From a virus (Duplodnaviria > Caudoviricetes): 25,988 bases of DNA. The notes under the pieces are model-generated. The model saw nothing but the letters and a program-made list of their open reading frames with translations, ran no database searches and was not told the origin of the DNA. Location of the stretch: positions 1 through 25,988 of IMG/VR virus record IMGVR_UViG_3300040856_000154; one strand, given 5' to 3'. This document shows positions 16,842 to 25,319 of this stretch, in pieces (within the stretch, counting starts at the first letter, position 1; each line of letters starts with the position of its first letter). The translations under genes and the position numbers were made by a program.

Positions 16842-18861
16842 GCCAGTTTTCTCCTATTTTTGATTCTAGTAATAGCGGAACATTAAATGTTATACCCCAC
16901 CTTAAAGTAATCAAGTTTGGTAAGTCTGTATTTGTTTGATTTATAAGACTTATTACTTGTTGTTCTTCATCTGGATGAACATCAATTACAATGCTATCGT
17001 GAACAGTATTTACCACACAAGATTGCATTCCGTCAAGTAGTTTTTCTATATGTAGCAAAGCCACTGGAACTATGTCTGCAGTTGCAAATGATTGCACTGG
17101 ATAGTTCTTAATTTGTGTAAAGTTTGTAACTCTACCATTTGACTTTCTTACTACATTTGGAAATGCAAATTCCCGGCCACTAGGAGTGCGTATTTTCTGT
17201 GTTTCTATAGCCTCTTTAGCCAATCGGGAATGCCAATCTGCGACACCTTTATACTTCTCGTTGAAGTGTGTGTAGTATTCTGCTTCCGCTGGTGTTCTTC
17301 CAAAGCCTGTCGCTCCATACAACGGCGCGAATGTGTGCGCTTTCGCAGTCTGGCGATCCGTAGGTTGACCAGCGGTAGTAATAACTTCAGCGGTGTAACT
17401 GTGTACATCAAATCCAGTAGATACTTCTTCAATTGCAACTCCATCCTGTGATAAAAATGCGGCAGTGCGAAACTCTAGTTGTGCCATATCAGCCTCAAGA
17501 ATCTTACCACCTTCAAATCGTGACACAAATACTTTCTTTACAGGAAACGTGCCGCCACGAGGCATGTTCTGCATATTAGGGTCTGCTCCGCTAAAGCGGC
17601 CTGTTGCTGTGCGATGTTGTAACAGTCGAACATGTAACTTACCATCAACCTTTGTGTGTAGTTTAATACCTTCCACGAAAGAAGACAAGTAGGTATCAAC
17701 AGCAGACAGTCTACGAACCTTTGACAAAAAGTCTACTGCATCGTGCATACCTTTTGCTCGTGCAGCACCCTCAAGTATTTCAAGGTTCTGCTTACTGGTT
17801 GTGAATCCACCTGCACTTGCCCACTTTGCTGATGGTGGCTTAAAACCAATGCCAGCATTCTCTGTAGTAGACTTGAATGTAAATCCGCTTGTGTCACATG
17901 AAGGACACTTATTAGGCTTTGCAAATGGTGTTCCATCCTTTTTGGTCTTGCGTATGTATCCAGTTCCTTTGCACTGATTACATTGTTCAGCAATAGTCTT
18001 CTTCAATCGTTCTGTGCCACCACTAATCATGCTACGAAAGTCTGCATCATCCATGTAAGGATCAATTGCAGTTGCCCAATAAATCTTGTCCAGGACCTTG
18101 CGTCCATAGATAACCCAAGACAGTTGCTCTGGACTATTGAGATTGATAGGTGTGTCACCCATGAGTTTACGAACATGCTCATGCAAATCTTTTTCTAACT
18201 GTTTGCGTTCTTGCTCAAATTCGTTTTTAACTTCTTCTAGTTTATCATTGTCTACCTTAAATCCACGCTGGTATATGCGAGCAAGGCATACTGCCACCTG
18301 ATTAGTTAGGTCAACTGTAGGCATAAGTCCAGCATCTGCTGATGTATTCAAGCGATACATCAACTTATCAGACAATTGCTGCGTAGCATGTAAGTCGGCA
18401 GATAGGTAATCAGACAACTCATCGTGTGGAATGTCACGAGTAGTATACCCCTTCTTAAAGTATTCTTTTAGAGTATCCTGCTTCTTGGTGTCCAACTCAT
18501 AGCGTTCAGCACAAGCCTCAAGCGACAATGGTTCTTTTTGTCCACGCTGTAACACATACTCTGCAAGCATTGTGTCAAAGACAGGACCGTCATACTTAAA
18601 GCCTGACTCCCATAACCACAGCAAGTCGTGTGAGGCATTGTGGCAAATGAGAACAGTAGAGGCATCTAGAAATTCCTGCACCAATACGTGTCCATACTCG
18701 TCTGCCTCAACATCATTGTGGTCAAAGGTAACAATGCGTTCAACACCTTGGTCTGTAAGCATACCCACCATAACCAGTGTATTCTCTGGCTCAAATGGAT
18801 CAAGATGCATTTTACCACCTCTATGTGTTACCGTATTCTCTACATCAAGTGTTAGTTTCAT
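16819..18861 (-). CDS. polA: Family A DNA polymerase with 3'-5' exonuclease and DnaJ-type Zn-finger insert
   Basis: ExoI LDVE, ExoII HNASHD, ExoIII YLSAD; TATGRFS; motif A EADMAQLEFR; motif B RQTAKAHTFAPLYG; motif C VHDSIV; insert CNQCKGTG...CPSCDTSG. Confidence 0.95.
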   Translation of the reverse strand: MKLTLDVENTVTHRGGKMHLDPFEPENTLVMVGMLTDQGVERIVTFDHNDVEADEYGHVLVQEFLDASTVLICHNASHDLLWLWESGFKYDGPVFDTMLAEYVLQRGQKEPLSLEACAERYELDTKKQDTLKEYFKKGYTTRDIPHDELSDYLSADLHATQQLSDKLMYRLNTSADAGLMPTVDLTNQVAVCLARIYQRGFKVDNDKLEEVKNEFEQERKQLEKDLHEHVRKLMGDTPINLNSPEQLSWVIYGRKVLDKIYWATAIDPYMDDADFRSMISGGTERLKKTIAEQCNQCKGTGYIRKTKKDGTPFAKPNKCPSCDTSGFTFKSTTENAGIGFKPPSAKWASAGGFTTSKQNLEILEGAARAKGMHDAVDFLSKVRRLSAVDTYLSSFVEGIKLHTKVDGKLHVRLLQHRTATGRFSGADPNMQNMPRGGTFPVKKVFVSRFEGGKILEADMAQLEFRTAAFLSQDGVAIEEVSTGFDVHSYTAEVITTAGQPTDRQTAKAHTFAPLYGATGFGRTPAEAEYYTHFNEKYKGVADWHSRLAKEAIETQKIRTPSGREFAFPNVVRKSNGRVTNFTQIKNYPVQSFATADIVPVALLHIEKLLDGMQSCVVNTVHDSIVIDVHPDEEQQVISLINQTNTDLPNLITLRWGITFNVPLLLESKIGENWLDTKDVS

Positions 18862-18869
18862 TTTCAATC

Positions 18870-19400
18870 CTACACAAAGTTTTCGCTGGTGTAATACTTG
18901 TGCTTTTTGTTTGTTCCTCTTGCGCTGTTACGAACATTACTCAAGTTCTCTGACACAGACACCCAACGAAGATTATCTACACAGTAATCAAGTTTATCTT
19001 CATTGATATGATCTACATTATATCTATCTACTGGTGTTGCATTACCTACAAACGCCATAGCAAAAATGCGGTGGCAATAGATTGCCTTACTAAACCGTCC
19101 ATTGTTTAGTCCATACGCTGGATATACAGCACGACTGAATGTCGGTTGCAGTATTTTACCTGTCTTGACATTCATTAAGAATGGAAAGTCTGACCTGCCC
19201 TCATACATAGGCAGCGGATGCATACCACCTGTGCGATATACACGATACTTACCCTCTGGCATAGAGGCAAGGAAAGCGGAAGATGCTGTAAGGTCTTGCC
19301 TACGCCGCCCCTTGTCTCCAAAATAAATTGGAACATCTTTCAAATCTACATATTCAATATCTGAATCCATAATCTTCTCAAACATATCTAATTGCATCAT
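18870..19400 (-). CDS. Free-standing HNH endonuclease (putative homing endonuclease)
   Basis: HRIFAMAFV...VDHINEDKLDYCVDNLRWVSVSEN, an HNH_3-type motif; lies between helicase and polymerase. Confidence 0.85.
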   Translation of the reverse strand: MMQLDMFEKIMDSDIEYVDLKDVPIYFGDKGRRRQDLTASSAFLASMPEGKYRVYRTGGMHPLPMYEGRSDFPFLMNVKTGKILQPTFSRAVYPAYGLNNGRFSKAIYCHRIFAMAFVGNATPVDRYNVDHINEDKLDYCVDNLRWVSVSENLSNVRNSARGTNKKHKYYTSENFV

Positions 19401-20620
19401 ACTTCATACCTCGCTGTTCTATATTCAAGGTTACAATGCACCACGCCATGCCACCCTGATAATTTGTTCTTGACTACATTAAGATGGCGTTGCGTGTCTT
19501 CTTCTTCCTGTCCATCTACCACTGGATTCTTTGCAATCAGAACCATCAAATCTGCTTCTGCTGCCTTACCAGTTCTTGAGCCTTCCATCATACTTTGGTT
19601 CAGTAGAACCTTGCCTTCTGCATCTGCACTTAACTGCGACATGTAGAAGACAGCACATTCATGTTGCTTGGCAATCTGTCGAGCATGAATAGCGTTAGCC
19701 TTCAATGCTTCATCTTGTCGAGCGAATCCACCTGTTTTAGCAAATTTATCACCCATGTCAAGCACAATAACGTCTGGTTTGTAAGTTTTACATATTGATT
19801 CTACCCAATTCATATCACGACCTGTGGCATCCTTAATCTTAATCCTCTCTTTTACAGGTGCATACAGGTCACGAGCCTTCGCAGGATTTTCTTTAATCTG
19901 TTTCATTGTCATGCCTGTTGCAGCGGTAAGGTATCGTGCGCCTACACGATGATATCCCTCTTCGTTACACAAGATAATACAGTTAGCACCTTGATGTGCA
20001 AAGCCACCCGGAGATGCAATCAGACTAGCGTGAAACGATGTCTTGCCAGTGTTAGGTCTTGCGCCAATCTCAATCAAGTGACCAGCGTTAACACCCTCGA
20101 CCTTGCGAGTGAGGCTGGCAATGTTGAATGTCCAGCGTGCTTCTAGGTCATTGCGTGATAGTAGTGTGTCGATTTCTATGTCATCCCACTCTACATTGAG
20201 GTTTGGCGTAAAGTCATCACCATACTGCTCCATGAGTGTGCGCAGTTTTTCTAGACTACTTGATGTGCCATTAACCATATCAAACCCAATGTTGGCTACA
20301 TCTTCACCCACGACTTGCTGAAACAGTTTGGACAACACTTCTTGTGCCACGTCACTACCCATGGGCTGTTCCTTCTTAATCTGATTGAACAGACTAGAGT
20401 AGGCTTGCTTCTGTGCAGTGGTCAGTGTTGGATTGTTTGACATGAACAGTGCTTCAATCTCATCTGGAGATACAGTGCGATCATAGCGTTCCATTGCAGT
20501 GTCAATAGAATGCTTAATCTTGCGCACATCACTGCTAAACAAACGGTCAGGACATCTTGCGCCACGATGGTCATCGTAGAACCCCTTGTCCATCAAACTT
20601 CTTATAAGCGATAATTCCAT
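19397..20620 (-). CDS. DnaB/T7 gp4-like replicative helicase
   Basis: Walker A GARPNTGKTS, NEE, Walker B VIVLD, MSQLS, EADL, VVKNK..G. Confidence 0.92.
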   Translation of the reverse strand: MELSLIRSLMDKGFYDDHRGARCPDRLFSSDVRKIKHSIDTAMERYDRTVSPDEIEALFMSNNPTLTTAQKQAYSSLFNQIKKEQPMGSDVAQEVLSKLFQQVVGEDVANIGFDMVNGTSSSLEKLRTLMEQYGDDFTPNLNVEWDDIEIDTLLSRNDLEARWTFNIASLTRKVEGVNAGHLIEIGARPNTGKTSFHASLIASPGGFAHQGANCIILCNEEGYHRVGARYLTAATGMTMKQIKENPAKARDLYAPVKERIKIKDATGRDMNWVESICKTYKPDVIVLDMGDKFAKTGGFARQDEALKANAIHARQIAKQHECAVFYMSQLSADAEGKVLLNQSMMEGSRTGKAAEADLMVLIAKNPVVDGQEEEDTQRHLNVVKNKLSGWHGVVHCNLEYRTARYEV

Positions 20621-20622
20621 AG

Positions 20623-21399
20623 TTACTCTCCTTTCATAGTAATGTTGGCAAGGTTGGTTAGGTCTTCCTCATTACGATATTTCAAATCATCTTTCAAACG
20701 CAGCACTTGCACATTGTCTACATAGCCTCTCAATTCCTTTGCCATTGCCAGTGTCTTTGGTAATGCATCAGGGTCTAGTGCAATCACTGCCGTTGAGAAC
20801 TGTGAGAGATACCTTTTGTGTGTTTCGGCGAGAGACGTTCCTAACACAGCAACCCCGACAAGGAAACCGCAACCAACAACGGCGGCACTCACACAGTCCT
20901 CAACAACAACTGCGACATTACCATAACCATGTGTGTATGGCAAGCCACTATTTCCATATCTTTTCCATTTAGGTAATCTTTTTCCTAATGCACGACCTGT
21001 AGCATCTACAATAACTCCATCGTGAATCACAGGAAATACAACACGAGATTCCTTTACATCGTAATGCAAACCCAGGTCCTGGGAATCTAATCCCCACGTA
21101 GCACACCACCTATCCATGTATGTGCCACCAGAACGAGGCACGATGTAACTTGGCAGTTCAAACGTATCTGCTGCATATTCTGCTGCACCAGTAAAGCCAG
21201 CACGAATATCATCAACAGACAATCTAACACGCTCACCACCTTTAACTGCACAAGAAGCCTTGTAGCAATTCCACACAAGACTGCCCATGTTATTGGTCAC
21301 AGTAAATGTTTTGTAACCACCACAGTTAGGACAGTCCATTCTCTTTGTATGTCCATTAGGTATGTCTAATTCACTTATAGTGTTATATATATTATACAT
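20623..21399 (-). CDS. DNA primase (Zn-ribbon + TOPRIM)
   Basis: CPNC...CYKASC Zn finger; VVVEDCVSA; ALDPDA; DDLK. ATG 21399 follows AGGAG. Confidence 0.88.
   Translation of the reverse strand: MYNIYNTISELDIPNGHTKRMDCPNCGGYKTFTVTNNMGSLVWNCYKASCAVKGGERVRLSVDDIRAGFTGAAEYAADTFELPSYIVPRSGGTYMDRWCATWGLDSQDLGLHYDVKESRVVFPVIHDGVIVDATGRALGKRLPKWKRYGNSGLPYTHGYGNVAVVVEDCVSAAVVGCGFLVGVAVLGTSLAETHKRYLSQFSTAVIALDPDALPKTLAMAKELRGYVDNVQVLRLKDDLKYRNEEDLTNLANITMKGE
21070..21083. repeat. ACCCAGGTCCTGGG, copy 1 (13-bp palindrome core)
   Basis: Identical 14-mer at 25949-25962; partial copy at 23063-23073. Confidence 0.8.
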
Positions 21400-21400
21400 G

Positions 21401-22318
21401 TTATACACTCTCCTTTGCGGCATTTGTAATGCTTTTAACATGATTATTTCGCTCCGTCAATGCATAATTTGCACTTGTAAGAGTATTTTTCATGTAAGGT
21501 TTCACCGAAGATGGATTAGCATGTCCTGTGACCGACATAATTTGTCCAATACCGACACCAGCCTCGACCATTTCAGTTGTTCCAGTTCTTCGTAGGTCAG
21601 ATAGTCGCAGTTCATCTGACAAACCAGCCTGCTGCATTAACTTGCGAGCATGTAGAGGCAACTTCTGCAGTGAATAGGGCTTGTATTCACCGCGAATCGG
21701 ATTAGGACGAGGGGCTACATAAGGTTGAAAGCCAAAGTCCTGCTCCTGTTGCTGTAACATACCAAACAAATCATCTTCAATGGGCAGATGCACCTCTGCT
21801 TTACGCTTGGATTGTTTTATATGAACAGTCTTCGTGTCAAAGTTGATGGCATCCCAAGTGAGCATACGCATGTCACCTAAACGCTGACACCACTCGTATG
21901 CCATGTGTGCAATAAGACCTATGTTACGAGTGCTAAAATCGCCGTAGGCGGCGTTAAGAAACTTGGCTACATCATCCCTACTCCAGACCGTCTTACGCCT
22001 CTCTGTGGAGCGTTTACGGACGTTTGCGAATGGGTTTAATGTGCATAGTTCCATACGAACACCGTGATTGAGTGCAATGCGGGTAGCAGAGATGACATGA
22101 TTAGCCATAGAGACACCTTTCTCACACCATTCGTTGTATGCAACCTTTGCAACACGAGTAGTGAGTTTATCGCAGTCATACTGGCAAAGAAGTTTATCTT
22201 CTACCTTTGTATTTAGCATGACATTAAGAAAGTATTCATACTGCTTCTTCGTTTCATCACGCAAATTGCGATAGTCATACGAAGAATAGTAATCGCTGAT
22301 TACTTTTTCTAGTTTCAT
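21401..22318 (-). CDS. int: Tyrosine recombinase/integrase
   Basis: QRLGD (R), KQSK (K), SDLRRT (HxxR position), TGH (H) and PY (Y) in the expected order. Confidence 0.9.
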   Translation of the reverse strand: MKLEKVISDYYSSYDYRNLRDETKKQYEYFLNVMLNTKVEDKLLCQYDCDKLTTRVAKVAYNEWCEKGVSMANHVISATRIALNHGVRMELCTLNPFANVRKRSTERRKTVWSRDDVAKFLNAAYGDFSTRNIGLIAHMAYEWCQRLGDMRMLTWDAINFDTKTVHIKQSKRKAEVHLPIEDDLFGMLQQQEQDFGFQPYVAPRPNPIRGEYKPYSLQKLPLHARKLMQQAGLSDELRLSDLRRTGTTEMVEAGVGIGQIMSVTGHANPSSVKPYMKNTLTSANYALTERNNHVKSITNAAKESV

Positions 22319-22635
22319 TATATGTCAACTCCTATTCTGTCATTGGATGAGTAAAGTTTACCTTTGTATTTTGTAATAATCTCTACTCCCAATTCTTTTT
22401 GCCTATCGCTTGTTGCACCTGTAGATAGTCTAACACTGCCATCTTTTTTAATAGACACATTAGCAGTCTTGCTGTCATAGTAATAAAACTTATTTGTTTC
22501 ATTATCGAGAACAATAAAGTCGATAGCACCTGTGCATGATAAATTTTTGAAGACCTCAAAACCTTCATTGAGAAAATGGTGACACAACTCAATCTCTGTT
22601 ATGTCGCCTTTTCTTTTGTCGTGTAAGACCGTCAT
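22318..22635 (-). CDS. Small PD-(D/E)XK endonuclease
   Basis: KGDITE...GFEVF......IDFIV......YDSKT pattern; noticeably AT-rich relative to flanks. Confidence 0.7.
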   Translation of the reverse strand: MTVLHDKRKGDITEIELCHHFLNEGFEVFKNLSCTGAIDFIVLDNETNKFYYYDSKTANVSIKKDGSVRLSTGATSDRQKELGVEIITKYKGKLYSSNDRIGVDI

Positions 22636-22784
22636 TTCTTTCTCCTTTTTGGAACTGCGTTAATTTTTGTTTTCTTTTTGCTAGGCTTCCAATAACCTAT
22701 ACGCATATTGATAGGCGTTCTGGTATCGTCAGTGATGGGGCTAAATGAAGCCCCACCTGATTTAGTTATGTTACGGACTTTCAT
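22632..22784 (-). CDS. Small basic protein (50 aa, not in ORF track)
   Basis: MKVRNITKSGGASFSPITDDTRTPINMRIGYWKPSKKKTKINAVPKRRKK; ATGA overlaps at both ends. Confidence 0.5.
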   Translation of the reverse strand: MKVRNITKSGGASFSPITDDTRTPINMRIGYWKPSKKKTKINAVPKRRKK

Positions 22785-23635
22785 GCTGCCACCAAATCTT
22801 GGAATGGCTTTGATTCAATCCACTTGGACACTTCGTGTTCACGCTGGAACATTGATGTGGCCTGTGTATCAAGACCAGTGTTACGAAGGTTGAAACCATT
22901 ACGCTCATCAGCATAAGTGGCATAGTTTGTGAAGGCACTGTAGAGTGCAAACACATTCCTACCACGGACGCTAACCTCTTGATTGTAAAGGGTAAACATC
23001 TTCTCTGACTTACGCTCTGACTTCAGTATCTTGTCCAGCAAGTCTTTAACATTTACGAATGTCAGGTCCTGGGTTGCCCATTGCTGAAGTCGTGCTGACT
23101 GCTGGTAGAAGTCTTGCTTGGAACTGTGTAGGTCTGTGATGAACCTACCCATGCTGAAGTTGGATGTGTTCTTACGCCGCACCTTGTCATGCTCACCACG
23201 GATCATTCCGTTTGTGCAGAAGAAGTCGATAGCACCGAAGAACACCATGTTAGAACATGAGCCATCAATGCCGTGCAAAGCGATGATGCGTTGCGACACA
23301 GTAGTTTCATGTCTGTCGGTGGTGATTGTTTCGGTAACATTCGGAAGGGTCACATCCATCAATGCCCAAGCATTGCTTCGTGCATCTTTCCATTGAACTT
23401 TAGCACCTCTGGTTTCTTGTTCCGTCAGGTTTTCCAACATTGTCTGCTGCACACCTTGGAAGAACTCATCGTGAGTTGCGCAGTTAAAGCCAGAGCCTAC
23501 GACACCGATGTATTCACCAGTGTTGCCGTTGATGACATACTTCTTGTCACTAACTTTGGTTGGCTCAAACTCCACATTGAATGTGAGGTGGTCAGGGGTT
23601 TGTGAGATAGTCTGGTTTGTAAAATCTAATGGCAT
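22781..23635 (-). CDS. DUF932-family protein
   Basis: IGVVGSGF..H, HGIDGS, FFCTNG, ALYSAFT.YA motifs; AAGGAGG RBS. Confidence 0.8.
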   Translation of the reverse strand: MPLDFTNQTISQTPDHLTFNVEFEPTKVSDKKYVINGNTGEYIGVVGSGFNCATHDEFFQGVQQTMLENLTEQETRGAKVQWKDARSNAWALMDVTLPNVTETITTDRHETTVSQRIIALHGIDGSCSNMVFFGAIDFFCTNGMIRGEHDKVRRKNTSNFSMGRFITDLHSSKQDFYQQSARLQQWATQDLTFVNVKDLLDKILKSERKSEKMFTLYNQEVSVRGRNVFALYSAFTNYATYADERNGFNLRNTGLDTQATSMFQREHEVSKWIESKPFQDLVAA

Positions 23636-23671
23636 GATAAGCCTCCTTTCGTTAGGGTTAACTGTTGTTCT

Positions 23672-23700
23672 CTTATATCAATAAAAATCGGCAAAGTCAA
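23672..23700 (-). promoter_or_regulatory. Sigma70-type promoter
   Basis: TTGACT-17 nt-TATAAG with TGA before the -10; intergenic, upstream of DUF932. Confidence 0.7.
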
Positions 23701-24132
23701 CTACTCCCACCGATAAAAGATATGATCTCCAATGCGAACAACTTTTGTTTTGGTTTCTGCCCATTCTGGGTAGACATAGTGTGCATGGTAGTGTGTTGCA
23801 CCTTCTACAAAGTCATCAAGATTGCCATAGTATACGCCATGCGCAATCATAACGGCTTTATCCCATGCTTCCTTGTCATGTGCTTTATCAGACTTGCCAT
23901 CACAATACCAACTGAATTGGCAGCGGTAACGCACTGGAAAGTTTTCAGTCCAAGAGTAGGTAGGACCTTGCATAACAACATCACAAGGATTGTTGGGGTA
24001 TCTTGTATCATAAACTCTGTTCATCACTACTTGTGCTACCGCAACCTGCCCAATAAAGGGCTGGTCACGGGCTTCGTGATACACATTGAGTGCGATACAG
24101 ACAAGTGCTTCAGTCAACATAAGGTTGTTCAC
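23701..24132 (-). CDS. SleB/Hydrolase_2 cell wall hydrolase
   Basis: CIALNVYHEAR, AVAQVVMNRV, CQFSWY, GATHYH, IGDHIFY. Confidence 0.92.
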   Translation of the reverse strand: MNNLMLTEALVCIALNVYHEARDQPFIGQVAVAQVVMNRVYDTRYPNNPCDVVMQGPTYSWTENFPVRYRCQFSWYCDGKSDKAHDKEAWDKAVMIAHGVYYGNLDDFVEGATHYHAHYVYPEWAETKTKVVRIGDHIFYRWE

Positions 24133-24367
24133 CGTCTGGGTTCACAGTTACATCCGCAAGCACCCAATCTGCATAGTGCTGAATGTGTCCTTCATCATCT
24201 CGTTGTGGCACAAAGTTAAGAACACTATGCATCAAATTTTGTAGCCGTTCTAACTTACCTATATCGGACACCCAAATGTCATGGCACTCATTCAATGTCA
24301 TAAGAATATCACGCAAGTCATTGTGCGCATTGAGAAACTTCAGTCGTTGTTCGTGTGATATGTTCAT
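24110..24367 (-). CDS. Hypothetical protein
   Basis: 85 aa; AGGAG RBS; ATGA overlap. Confidence 0.7.
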   Translation of the reverse strand: MNISHEQRLKFLNAHNDLRDILMTLNECHDIWVSDIGKLERLQNLMHSVLNFVPQRDDEGHIQHYADWVLADVTVNPDGEQPYVD

Positions 24368-24870
24368 GCTACTTCTCCTTTCATCCAGTAGGGCATCTCT
24401 CGCCCTTTGTTGTATCGTGCAAACTTGATTTTGTCTACCTTGTAGAAAGCACGATAGGCCATAATAGGCCAGCGTTCATCTGTCTTTAGGTCATCGTGAC
24501 CACTGAAGCATTGCGGGTGTGGTGTTACTCCTCTTGCTTGTGGAAGAAATTGTTTGCCGTTGCGCAGCACATCCTGATGTCGTGAAGCACCATGTTTTTT
24601 GCCGTAGCGGTAAGTGTATTCCTCAAGCATTGCCTCATACAACATGAAAGCAAACGAGTAGTTTTCTTGGTTTTCCATAGCCCACAATGTGCAAGGATGC
24701 TTCTGATGCACAGGCTTGTATAGCCCATGCTTCTCTGCATACTCCGGCGCATGATGCCAGAGGGTAGTGCAAAGCATCTGTGCCTCTTCAAGTGGCATCT
24801 TTACTATGTGTTGATCGCAAAGTTGTTTAGAGATTGCAATCGGATGGTGGTCAATTAAGAAGCGGTTCAT
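24364..24870 (-). CDS. Pyrimidine-dimer DNA glycosylase/DenV-like family protein
   Basis: MNRF..D..P......CDQHIVKMPLEEAQML...YKPVH.KHPCTLWA...EYTYRYGKKH...P.C....AYR.FY...K. Confidence 0.7.
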   Translation of the reverse strand: MNRFLIDHHPIAISKQLCDQHIVKMPLEEAQMLCTTLWHHAPEYAEKHGLYKPVHQKHPCTLWAMENQENYSFAFMLYEAMLEEYTYRYGKKHGASRHQDVLRNGKQFLPQARGVTPHPQCFSGHDDLKTDERWPIMAYRAFYKVDKIKFARYNKGREMPYWMKGEVA

Positions 24871-25120
24871 GTTCTGTATCTCCTTCCTCTTTTCCTAGCA
24901 CCAGTTGCGCTATAGGTTCCGCTACATCTGGTAGTTGGTAAACGAAGATAGAAACCGTATCTTCCTCTTCCGTGATTAGGACAGTTAAACCCTTCTCACG
25001 CAAAGCAATGAACAGGCTACCATCGTCTACATGGTTTGCATCGACAAGGTAATTGTCGCCTATGATTATGCCTTTTTCTTTAACTTCAATCATCTGCTCT
25101 GTCCACAGGCCAATCATCAT
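24851..25120 (-). CDS. Hypothetical protein
   Basis: 89 aa in the tightly packed - strand array; start may be a downstream ATG. Confidence 0.6.
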   Translation of the reverse strand: MMIGLWTEQMIEVKEKGIIIGDNYLVDANHVDDGSLFIALREKGLTVLITEEEDTVSIFVYQLPDVAEPIAQLVLGKEEGDTEHEPLLN

Positions 25121-25319
25121 CAGCCTTCTTGTCTATTACCTGACACTGGTATTTGTAGTCAAGCAAACGCTGTATGAACACATAAATGTGACCATCATCT
25201 GGCTTGCCCATCTGTTCCCAATGCTTGCGTTCATCTGCTTCTACATATGCCAGCAGCATATCTAGTGCTTCGTATTGCCCCTTGGTCATGGGCTTTGGTT
25301 TGTATTTGTAAATGCTCAT
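25086..25319 (-). CDS. Hypothetical protein
   Basis: 77 aa; AAGGAG RBS; ATGA overlap with the MTase. Confidence 0.7.
   Translation of the reverse strand: MSIYKYKPKPMTKGQYEALDMLLAYVEADERKHWEQMGKPDDGHIYVFIQRLLDYKYQCQVIDKKADDDWPVDRADD

Noticed and set aside
11581-20620. Inteins or introns in RNR, polymerase or helicase
   Set aside because: Lengths are normal, motifs are contiguous, and no C...HN splice motifs or frame breaks were seen.
21376-21410. AT-rich TGTTATA-repeat patch at the integrase/primase junction as origin, attP or promoter
   Set aside because: Lies in coding/RBS sequence, has no convincing -35, and is too short to support a call.
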